From: Candidatus Altimarinota bacterium
Lineage (GTDB): Bacteria; Patescibacteriota; Gracilibacteria; BD1-5; UBA2023
Assembly (NCBI GenBank): GCA_043722085.1
Contig: JAYSPL010000054.1
Location: forward strand, 1 to 33,415
Reading direction: 5' to 3'
Length of the DNA: 33,415 nucleotides
Position numbers and translations under genes: made by a program. Every line of letters starts with the position of its first letter. The first letter of the stretch is position 1. Shown here piece after piece: positions 23,062-33,415 of this stretch. The notes below the pieces were generated by a model that worked only from the letters and a program-made list of their open reading frames with translations, made no database searches and had not been told where the DNA came from.

Positions 23062-23116
23062 TATATTTGCAAAGAACTGAAATAAAAGCTATGATAGAAA
23101 TATCATAGCTTTTATT
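23062..23116 (+). promoter_or_regulatory. Terminator/promoter element, copy 2
   Basis: TATATTTGCAAAGAA...AATAAAAGCTATGATA-gaaa-TATCATAGCTTTTATT (16-bp perfect stem); contains TTGCAA-17-TATGAT. Confidence 0.75.
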
Positions 23117-23174
23117 ATCTATTCTTTCTGATCATACTGCTTTTAATATGTTGAAATACTCTTTATTCTTTCCC

Positions 23175-25730
23175 ATGCGATCATTCTTGTTCTCTATCCT
23201 TCTCATTGTTTCCTTGTATCAGAGTGATCTAGTATCGGCGAAGATATTGAAACCAAAGCCCCCCTGTCCTACTGGGCATAACTATATCATACTCACCTCT
23301 GCGCCTCTCGGATTCGTGTGTCTATGAGATTCCTATTACTATAATATCGAATATTCTCTCATAGACTACAAGAATCGTCTAAAAAATGGGGAAGACGTTG
23401 TGATAATTCTCAGTGAGATCAGACAGAGTATGCGAGATTCTGGGACGTATACTCCAGCTGAGGGGATTGCTTTTTATCCGATTATCCTCGATCGTATCAA
23501 GGACTATGCGAGCACACTCTGCCGAACAAATAATAATAATCCAATAGTTACTATCCCAGCAACTGGAATCTACGAGGGTGATACTCTCACGCCAACTTGT
23601 TCGCTCTCTGGTAGAGAGAGGCCATCGCAGACAGGATCGATGAGCATGAGTCTCTCGTTCATAGGCATTGGTGGTCAATCGATCAGGTATACTCAGACAG
23701 GCGCATCATTCATTGGTCTCCAGATAGATAAAAAATGAACTGGGAAACACACTATCACCTGTACTTACACACCCAATACTTGTATTGCTCCTCGTATCAA
23801 CAAGCGAGTGATTGATGTTGGCTGAACTGTTATCCCTGATAGCAAACCAATAAAAACACACTCTATAGCTCGAATTTGGAATGAGGTGATGCTATGAGCC
23901 ATACGCAAAGACCGTGTCCGACCTCCAGTGCAGGCCCGAAACCTATTCCATTTTGGAGCGATGAGCTATGATATCTGGGCACTCTACCATCCTGGGAATC
24001 AGACATACCTTTTTGATAATACCGTCATGTGAGTATGTCTCCGTCATCATGCTCAGATTCCCCTAGGCAACCGAGATGCTGACATAGAATGAGCGATGAG
24101 CTATGCGAGCTATCGTCTCATTGTTCACCGATACCGAGAATCTCCAGGATATAGCGATACAATTGCAGCAGCTGACAATCTGATGAATCAACTCGGCTAT
24201 GATACCAAGTATACTAAATCAGATATTTCAAAAACGATAACCCCAGCTGCACTCGGGAATTCTGTTGCTAACTGCTATATCCGGTATGGACTCAAAGATG
24301 GGGCAAATGAAGGTGGAAAAACAGGTATAACATGAGAAAATTGATCATATTCCAACCAGTATTATACACCAATTAATCCACCTCTTGATATGACTGGTAC
24401 GGGATGAGGTAATACTAATATCGTGGATTGGAATAGATGGCAACCGATTTCGCTCGAGACATTTATCGATCAGTGAGGAACTCCAATAGCTGGTGGAGCG
24501 GCGACATTTATCGGAGCAGAATGGGGAAATGTGAAGCCATTTTCACTTCAAAAATACCAACAAACCATACACGAACGAGGTGGAAATAGATATATCACCT
24601 ACCTCGATCCAGGACTTCCTCCTCAGGCAACAGGATCGACCCTAGCACTCTGGCAATGGAACTATGCCCTGGTTGGTCTGTGGTCAGCACACCTAGATCC
24701 AAGTGATATAGCTCGTATCGATATATCACCCTCTCATCTGGGAAATACATCTCCTCTACCTGTCACTTTTTCAGGAATGATTGACTTTTACGATATGAAA
24801 AACGGTGGTACAGAGACGCTCGGAAGAAGCATAAATCCAAAAACTGGAATACCGTATAAGAACAATATAGTATTGCGAGGCGACTATACTCGTGCCATAT
24901 CCGAGTTCTGGGCAGATGGACCCAAGTCAGAAACTCCACCAGGACACTGGTTCACTATTTTCAATAGTGTATCCGATAAGATAGATCAGAAGCGGTGGCA
25001 ATGAACTGGTCCAATCATAGACAATCTCGAATGGGATGTGAAGGGATATTACGCGCTCGGTGGTGCTATGCATGATGCGGCAATAGCTGCCTGGGGGATC
25101 AAGTGAGCCTATGATGGTGTCAGGCCAATATCAGCAATCAGAGCCATGGCAACTCATGGTCAATCATCAGATCCGACGGCATCCTCATACGATATCATGG
25201 GACTCCCCCTGATCCCTGGATATATTGAGCTCATCGGTACCGGCGAGACACTCGCTGGAAAAAGTGGACAAAATATCGGAAAAGTAAAAATCAGGGCCTG
25301 GAAGTGACCAAAATATATCAATGATCCATCGATAGATAGAGCATGAGTCGATTGGATTCTCGCTATCAATTGGTGGCCATATCAGCGACCAAGCTTCGTG
25401 ACTCCGCCATTTGCCGGATATGTATCGGGACATTCGACATTTTCTCGGGCAGCCGCTGAGACACTCATAACAATCACTGGAGATGAATACTTTCCATGAT
25501 GAATCATGGAAACTCGACTTCCGAGAATGAGTTATCTCATATTCGAGCAGTGACCGAATACAGATATCACACTCCAGTGGGCAACCTATCGTGATGCAGC
25601 GGATGAATCAGCGCTCTCTCGTATCTGGTGAGGAATTCATCCACCCATGGATGACATTCCAGGGCGCATGCTATGAGAACAGATTGGTAAGCAAGCAGTA
25701 GGCTACGCGAATAAATATTTCAAAAAGTAG
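23175..25730 (+). CDS. Secreted vanadium-dependent haloperoxidase-like (PAP2 superfamily) protein (851 aa)
   Basis: Signal-peptide-like start MRSFLFSILLIVSL; SIARIWNE...RPPVQARNL; FWADGP.SETPPGHW; K..YDGVRPISAIR; TPPFAGYVSGHSTFS; SRIWGGIHP. Confidence 0.88.
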
Positions 25731-25734
25731 AACA

Positions 25735-25770
25735 AAAACATCTCTCTCGATTACCTAAAAGAGATGTTTT
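25735..25770 (+). terminator. Intrinsic terminator
   Basis: AAAACATCTCT...AGAGATGTTTT immediately after the stop at 25730. Confidence 0.6.
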
Positions 25771-25818
25771 GTGTTTTTCCACTTTTTCTCTATACTTCCT
25801 GTATTCATAATTGACTCT

Positions 25819-27081
25819 ATGCTTACTCGTACACTCCCCTCTCCTGAAAACCAATCCCCCCAGCCCCATTGATCAAGAGGGAGTGAAACCGAAAACACAG
25901 AATCTCCAGAATTCATCGAGCAACAAGTCGATGAGCGGGGATTTTATCTCTATGAGTGGATCTCTCCTGCTGAACTCCGCCTCAGTGTCCAGTCAGACTA
26001 TCTCTCTATCATCAGGGCATCGAGTATGCCACTCGCCATCATGACATTGATTGCTGGATTTATCTGACTCTCTGGTGGTATCATATGAGTCACGCTGGCC
26101 ATACTCTGACTTCTCGGTATTTTCTACACGCTCGTGGTCGTCATCCTCATAGTGAAGATGCTCCGAAAATCATATCTCTATACTCGTGGGGGTAATGTTG
26201 TTATAACGGATAATCACTACGTATCAAACGGTGTGGTCGTGGAGAGATCTGACTTCTCTAAGCAAAGAGAAGCGTTCTCAGAATTAGAGAGAACATTCCG
26301 TGAGCCACTCCTCGGTCCGTCAGTACTCGCCGAGCATATCTCCACGGAGAAGGACTGACTCATAGAACAGATGAAAAATATCGCATCAGGATGAGGTAAA
26401 CTTGTGCAGAGCCTCGGACGATCTCGCGATGCTAGTGCTATTGTTATGGTACTCATGATCGCATGAGTACTCTATGGTGCAATGATGGCTTGAGTCTACT
26501 TTGTTGGAATATTCTTTGTATCGCTATTGGCTCGAGTCTTCTCATGGATGGCCCACCGAGCACTCCTCGCACTCAATAACACGGAGCATACGATACAGAG
26601 TCTCTTCTCTGATATCACAAAATCATCTATAGAGCTCAAGAGTGGACAGAAAAAATCAGTTTCTCTCCTGAGTGACGCGGGTCAAGGTGAATGGTCAGAT
26701 AATCTCTCCAAACGTCTAAGTGAATCATTCGAAGTCATTGGAGAGATGGCAGGCATAGCTACAGATAAAACAGTGGAGTTACAGAAAATCCTCGAGAATT
26801 CCAAATACAAAGATATCTTCAATTTCGTGAAATATGGGAACTGGATCAAAAATCAGGTCCTCTCCCCTATCGAAGAGATACTCCTACTCCTCAATAATAA
26901 TCGTACTACACTCACTCGGACGATTACCGAACTCAATACTCAGATCACGGGCACTACCGATGCCTCATTTCAGAAACCACTGATTCTTCAGAGAGACAGA
27001 TTCGAGATGCAGATAGGGAGTTTTGGCAGGGTTATCACAATGCTCGAAGGATATCAATCAAAACTCGTTCTTAAAAAATAA
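25819..27081 (+). CDS. Membrane protein (about 4 TM) with a helical C-terminal domain (420 aa); paralog of 21185-22216
   Basis: Open with TGA=Gly; contains ERGFY and DIFNFVKYGNWIKNQVLSPIEEI. Confidence 0.78.
25855..25883 (-). repeat. Short GC-rich coding repeat related to the Fic insertion
   Basis: The reverse complement CTCCCTCTTGATCAATGGGGCTGGGGGGA resembles CTCCCTTGATAAGG...CTAGGAGGA. Confidence 0.4.
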
Positions 27082-27088
27082 ATTGCTC

Positions 27089-27796
27089 ATGCATAATATT
27101 CTCAAGATTATTACATTCCATACCCCTATAGAATCTATAGATACGACTGAACATAGGGAACTACAGATTCAAGATATGGTATGAGATTTTATCGTAAACT
27201 CTGGTGAAGATTTTCAGGTCAACCATACTGGTAGTAGTATATACCAGACAATACGCTATATTCATAAAAATCTCCATCTATCACTGGATATCAAACAAGA
27301 TATTGAGATGATTAATTATTGGATACCTCACATGATCTTGAGTGTGGATCTCGTAGATTCTCATCTCGAGAGAAGCGTTGTAGATGATTTTCTCAACACG
27401 ATTGTGAGGTTTTTCTCGGGTACACTATCGGATCAATATTTCATAGAATACGACAGCGTCTATCATATCGATGATATGAACCAGGGTAAAAAATATAGCA
27501 TCAAAGATATAGCAACGCTCGACATGGAAAAGCTCCATGATCCTAACAATAAAAATCTTCTTGACTCACTCCTCTATCTTCACTATACTCTGCAGCAACA
27601 ACTACTCGCTATTGGTATAGCTCAGCACGATATCGATACGTTTCTAGACAGTACAACCGCCCGCGATAATCTCATACAGACACTCTCCTTCTCAAGAGAG
27701 AGAGCGAAAACTATCACTGAGAACCTCCTCCAAAATATACATATTCTCCATACACAAATACAGATATTGTTATCGTATTTTACTCATAAAATCTAA
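27089..27796 (+). CDS. Hypothetical protein (235 aa) with a helical C-terminus
   Basis: ATG 7 nt after the upstream stop; open with TGA=Gly. Confidence 0.72.
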
Positions 27797-27799
27797 ATC

Positions 27800-28252
27800 A
27801 TGGACACACTCCTACTTCCTATTTTGGGATGAATCCTCTATCTTATTATTGGAATCTTCCTCTTCATTTTGAATATGATGTTATTCGAATATTGGACACC
27901 TTTTGACGTCCGACATGGAATCATACGAACACAGAACAAGGCACTTGGATTCATCATACGATGACAGTTTATGGCTCAGGGCATCATTATTAGCGCATTG
28001 ATATTTTTCACAGGATATACTCCTGATCATGCATTTTTTCAGATGAATGTATTCCTCCCATCAATACTCATGACCCTCGTATTTGGATTCATCGGAATGA
28101 TAGTATTGCAATGATGTCTTTGGATTATCATGCGGCTCTATACGATAGAGAAAGAGATTATTGTGGACCACAATGAATCTCTTGGGATGATTATCGAGGC
28201 GTTTCTTATAGCAACAGCACTTCTTGTCAGTGTAGCTTTTTATTCTTACTAA
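27800..28252 (+). CDS. DUF350 (YjfL-like) membrane protein (150 aa)
   Basis: Four TM segments in two repeats: FEYWTPFDVRHGII..QNKALG and IEKEIIVDHNESLG. Missed by the ORF track because of three TGA codons. Confidence 0.8.
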
Positions 28253-28255
28253 TAT

Positions 28256-29500
28256 ATGATATCAAATACGAGTAGATTTGCGATAGCTAAGGACGTCAAA
28301 GAGTGGATCACCAGTACTGGTATTCTTCCTTGGGGGGATATTGCCGGGAGCGATGAATCAACATGGAAATATAACTACACCGGTGATGCGAAGCTACTTG
28401 CCTATATGAATATATATTCGAGTGAGATAGAGGCATTTGCAAAATACTATCCCAACATGGATATACTTCTACAAAATATTCACTGGGATTGATTATTTGC
28501 GTCTGCAAAAACCATGATAATCGAGATATTGGCCACTATCAAGGCAGGAAAATCTCTGGTTATCATACACGCGAATCCTCTTGAACTTGTCATTATTTGA
28601 GAGCTTTTTAAGAGCCAAGGTATTGTTGATGTGGTATACAATTTTAATCGTATGCCAGCGATCAATAGTATATCTAAGACGCTTGAAGCAGGATTATTTC
28701 TTGTCTCATGGGAACATCTCCCTTGGCTCAAAGAAAAAATAGCGCAACTCGCGATTGATGTACGACTCACATCCGATACAGATCTCCTGAAAAACAGTAT
28801 CATACTCCTTGATGAGAATGATACTGTTCCAGATTGGGATATATCCAGGGTAGATCCATATGTCAAAAGTGCCATTGGATGGAAAGAGAATATAGTGATC
28901 TATCGGGTAGATGAGCTTCCACAGAAAACAACTCTACTAGAATACGGCATCAAGGATATATATTTTTTTGATACTGATACCTCTACTACAATCGATTCCT
29001 ACTATCAGGCACAGCTTGGAGACATATTCTCATTTCAGAGCCATACTATCACCTCATCTACGTCACACAGTATCTGATACTATGAGGACTACGTCATAGC
29101 TCAGAATCAAGAATACCTTATATACAAAAAAGAAATATTCTCAAAGAATACCGCTCTACGCTCGACAATGCTACAAGGTGGCGGGAATGAGAAATGGACA
29201 CAAAAAAAATCAAGCAACTCAGGCTCCAAAAACTTAGGAACACCCATACCACTCAAAGAGTCACTCGCCTATCTTGGTTGACTCGCGATCATATTGCCAC
29301 TATTTCTCCTTGTAGAAGCTCGTGGCGGGTCAAGTGTATTCGTGAAAAATGGAACCGGTGGATGGAACTACAATGGCGGATCGAGTATTCGCTCGAGTGG
29401 TACCTCATGGGGATGAGCATTTACTCATAGTAGCTCCTCGAGTACGAACTCATCAATTAGCTCATTCGGTGGTGGCGGATTCTCTAAATGAGGTGGCTAA
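28256..29500 (+). CDS. Hypothetical protein (414 aa): globular domain, one TM segment and a Gly/Ser-rich tail ending GGG
   Basis: Ends ...LAYLGGLAIILPLFLLV...SSSSTNSSISSFGGGGFSKGGG-TAA. Confidence 0.78.
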
Positions 29501-29503
29501 TAT

Positions 29504-30691
29504 ATGCAATTATCTCAATTTGACCCTACATTTTCCGAGAAGTATACTCCAAAATATTGGCTCGATTTTTTTGAACAAAAATATAATTTCAAAGAATTTG
29601 CAAAGAATCATTTTGAATATATTGACGCAAAAACCTTTATCGAATTCTCGGTCGAGGAACAAGAACAAAATAATGAAATAGTCAGGCAAGTTAATGCTAT
29701 ATTTCGACATGCATACGATTTCTATTTTGAGAATTTTTCGAACAATCTCCCTGAATTCAGTGGATTCCAGGATTTTTTTCGCAAAGAATTCCCATATGAT
29801 GAGTACTTCATCGGTAGATATGATATCATGATCGACGAGTCCAGGACCCTCAGATTCCTCGAGACCAATGCCAATACGCCTGGTATGATATGTGAGTCAC
29901 ACTATCCAGCACTTATACTAACTCCAGGTGGGTTTGTGAATCAATCAGGGAATCTTATACGATATACAAGGGACTGGTGGGCCACCAAAAAAACCAAACA
30001 CTGACTCAAGAAAATTGCCATCATCACCGCATATACTCACGAGAATGAAGACTATTTTGTCTGTCGTACGTACGCCGATATCCTTGTAGAGATATACTGA
30101 GTAGACAATGTTATCGTTGGAGATATCTATGATATGAACATCATCGATCATAGTATTATCACGGTCAAGTGAGAGCCGGTAGATGCCATACTATCATATT
30201 TTCCATTAGAGTTTTTTCTCACGGACATGGATTTTGCTCAGGATTTTTTTCAGATTATCCAAGACGGAGGGTGTATACTCGCCAATCCGATCGAGAGCAT
30301 GATTCCTCAGGACAAGCTCATATTCGCAGTAGTATGGGAAAATATCGAGAGATATACACCCGAGCAACAAGAGATCATCCGCAAGCATATCCCATTCACT
30401 ACTCGTACTTTCCAAGAAGATGATACGAGATTCATTGCGAAGTGGCGATTCGGACGATACGGACGAGAGATATATACCGAGAGGTTCTATACCAATATAG
30501 ATGATGACAAGAGATACATCTACCAAGAAAAAGTGATTCCTTGGACGGTGGATGCCAGATGAGACTATCTCGTCATATCTGCCTATACAGACTTCCATGA
30601 TTGTATATCCTGGATATCTCGCAAACAAGAGTTTCGAACTACTGACGATACCTATAACGGAGTGACGCTAATCTATACTTCACCTATATAA
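29504..30691 (+). CDS. Glutathionylspermidine synthase-like ATP-grasp ligase (395 aa)
   Basis: GRYD, FLETNANTPG, YFPLEF, QDK..FAVVW, AKWRFGRYG and YIYQE; no amidase domain seen. Confidence 0.88.
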
Positions 30692-30696
30692 TATCT

Positions 30697-31101
30697 ATGA
30701 ATGCATCTATTATATCTACCGTTCTCATAACCCTATTTGGTATAGTTACAGGGCTTTCAGGATCGAGCTGGTTCTGGACTGTTATCATCTTATTTCCGAT
30801 AATTGTGTGTTGGAGACTTAAGGCCATCAGTAGCCTGGGTACGTTTATATGATGATATGTGAATGCATTAATAAATCCTATAGTAGGATGATCTATACTG
30901 TTGATACTAGCACTCATGACTCATTGATTTATTACCTTTGGCGATGTTATCGTCTTTATCTATATATCATTACTATTGTTCATTATTGGAAAAATTCTAT
31001 GAGTAAAAGTGGGTAACACAGAGAATATATCTCCGTATGTACTATTTTCCTTGCTCACAGCAATTCTATGAACTATAACGATTTCATTTATGATGCCCTA
31101 G
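30697..31101 (+). CDS. Small hydrophobic membrane protein (134 aa)
   Basis: Open only with TGA=Gly (six TGA codons); almost entirely hydrophobic. Confidence 0.7.
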
Positions 31102-31138
31102 CCATATTTTATAAACTTCACACTAAACCACATACTAT

Positions 31139-32269
31139 ATGACGTATTCACTCACAGCGGGTCTTCGGGAACTCGGACCATACACGGCTATCCAATATCC
31201 CAATAATGATATCAAATGAGATATCAGCCCCATCCTCTATGATACGGCGTCAATTTCCCTAATGGACGATATGGCGTCATATGCGCTCTGTTACAAGGAA
31301 ACGCAGAATCTATCAGGAAAGAAGATAGCATTCGTGGATGTCGTGAATATGGCAGATGGCACATTTTTCTCACTCCAGGTAAGCAATATCTACTACTGTG
31401 ATGTATTCGATGGGAGGCCACATATCATAGCAAAAATAGGAAAAGAACTCACCTATTTTGAGAATTTTGGTAAGTCCACCCGACCCATAGAACCAGATGG
31501 AGACAAGCATGAGCTCACGCCTCTGGGCGCATTCGATATGTTTCTCAGTTATGATGATGACTACTATTATCCCCTTCTATTCTCTGGGGATCACCAGAAA
31601 CTTGCTAAGATCACCCGATTTTTTGACTACTATGGATGGCGGAGTTATGTTGATCCCAATGGTGGAGAGCACTTTGTGATAATGATAGAAGACGAACGAT
31701 CAACGGAATCAGATCCATATTGGTATTGGGTAGATAACTTTGTTCCTATATCTGGCAAGGTAGTATTTCCCGAGGATCAGTATGTCGAGGAGTGGAATCT
31801 CGATCCCTATGGCACCATCCTATTCACAATAACCAATGGAGATAAGTATCATATCGATCGAAACGTTGGCACCGTAGTCTCTGGTTGGGAATGAGTCACT
31901 CCTTCGAAGAATTTTGTATTTATTCGTGAATATGACGATACTGATGCTGACGTGATCGTAGCCAAAAATGATAATGGCTCCTTCATTATCGACCGTAATC
32001 TCATCAGCATATCAGAATCCGATCAACAGGATATTATCTACTTCAAACAATTTGTCTGGTGCCTCTCTCCGAGTGAAGCAGATCGTGCTACACCATGTTT
32101 CTTGATGACCAAGGATGATGGACAAGTCGTACTGATTGACTCAAGGTCTCGTATTCTCTGCGGAACGGATCTCCAGTATGACTATGATATCGTCACGGCT
32201 ACTATAAAAGATCAGATACTCACGGTCGTACTCTCAGGTAGTAAGACATATACCTATATCATCATCTAA
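31139..32269 (+). CDS. Hypothetical acidic, aromatic-rich and probably beta-rich protein (376 aa)
   Basis: Track ORFs 31262 and 31952 are joined by TGA; ATG at 31139. Confidence 0.72.
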
Positions 32270-32275
32270 AATACT

Positions 32276-33112
32276 ATGGAGCCAACTATTCGCCATATAC
32301 ATACGGAACTGCAAGATATTATCATAGAGAAATCAGATGACGATCTGAGGCTCACACTCGATGCAGAGCTACAATTTAGTTTTTCAGAAGATGCTATCTA
32401 TACCGATGCTATGACCCATATTCCTATGAGACATCTCAGTGGGAGATCAGATATCCGAGTGCTCATCCTCGGTGGAGGAGATGGATTCATCGCCGATCGG
32501 ATCAGTACGTACTCGAGTGTATGTAGCATTGATCTCTGTGAGCTCGATGCTGGCATGATTGCACTCTGTACGAATGATCCAGATATCAGGGAGTTCAATC
32601 ATGATATATTCTTGAATCAGATAATGCATATACATATAGCAGATGCCTATAGCTGGATTACTGAGCAATCGGGTATGTATGATCTCATCATTGCTGATTT
32701 TCCAGATGCTCATAGCCCAGAGCTGTCTCGGTTATTTTCCAGAGAATTTTATCTCAATATAGCGACTATCCTCAGAAAGGATGGAATATTTATTACTCTA
32801 GGATCTGAGATCGAACATACTCCAAAATGTTTTGATTGTATTATCAAGACTCTTAGAGAGATTTTCCCATACACAGTTCCGTTCTCAGTAGATATGCCAA
32901 CAACCTACGGCAATATGTGACTCATCATGGGATCTCGCTCCGATATATCCAGAACCACAGAAAACTTGAACCTATATATACCAGCACACTTAAACAACAT
33001 AGTAGTCAATACCGTCTCGAATAATCAGGCCTATCACTATTTTGATGAACAGACTCAGGCATCTGGATTCATCCCTGGCGTCACCAACCGTACTAATACA
33101 TATGCCACATAA
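32276..33112 (+). CDS. speE: Spermidine synthase / polyamine aminopropyltransferase (278 aa)
   Basis: LTLDAELQFS, VLILGGGDG, CELD, ADA, YDLIIADFPD and LFSREFY. Confidence 0.9.
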
Positions 33113-33353
33113 TACCGGAACACACATTATCCTCGATGGACAAGATTGTAATATAGACTTCACTACTCTCGATATCGCGTCAATAGAGGTGTATATCGCT
33201 TCTCTTCTGAGAGACGCTCGTATGACGGTACTTGGTACTCTATTTCATGATTTTAGGGAACCACCGTGAGCATTTACTGGTATTATTTTACTGGGTGAGT
33301 CTCATTTTTCTATTCATACTAAAATCCCCCCAAAATTTCCTATTTCCTCCTAG
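33102..33353 (+). pseudogene. speD: S-adenosylmethionine decarboxylase proenzyme, interrupted after about codon 73
   Basis: GTHIILD...HDF.EPPGAFTGIILLGESHFSIHT. Homology stops at 33320: the expected xPE...DxxxCG part is absent and a TAG follows at 33351. Confidence 0.8.
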
Positions 33354-33415
33354 AACCCGAGGCTTAGCTGTGCGGAAAGATGAGGTTTTTGAATTACTTT
33401 CTCAAGATTCCAGTG
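33321..33415 (-). mobile_element. Possible end of an insertion sequence (transposase C-terminus)
   Basis: Abrupt junction inside speD. The minus-strand frame 33415-33350 reads HWNLEKVIQKPHLSAQLSLGF*, ending in a QLSLF-like clamp-binding motif. Confidence 0.4.

Noticed and set aside
1-33415. Mass pseudogenisation, selenocysteine, or TGA=Trp as explanations for the in-frame TGA codons
   Set aside because: Essential genes stay in frame and TGA maps to conserved Gly positions, while Trp motifs use TGG.

Overview
Chromosomal window from a bacterium that reads TGA as glycine (translation table 25), which points to Gracilibacteria or Absconditabacteria (Patescibacteria/CPR). In-frame TGA falls repeatedly at invariant Gly positions, so the supplied ORF track is fragmented. 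All CDS coordinates below were re-read by hand with TGA=Gly. Left part (1-15 kb), housekeeping: dnaE, rpoD, dnaG, an FtsA-like plus baseplate-J-like pair, mscS, mraY, HU, an RsbW-like ATPase and an M29-like aminopeptidase. Middle (15-20 kb): a single Xer recombinase preceded by a fully symmetric dif-like site, followed by AT-rich orphan ORFs, one of them bounded by a 30-bp duplication of the xer 3' end; then a pseudouridine synthase and an AbiEi-like gene. Right part (20-33.4 kb), a co-oriented cluster: TelA, two paralogous membrane/helical proteins, a Fic protein, a secreted vanadium-haloperoxidase-like protein, then DUF350, a membrane-anchored protein ending in Gly-Gly-Gly, a glutathionylspermidine-synthase-like ligase, spermidine synthase and an interrupted SAM decarboxylase. 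The best candidate for an undescribed system is this TelA-linked polyamine-ligation module. No rRNA, tRNA or CRISPR array was seen. All family assignments come from motif recognition by eye, without database searches.
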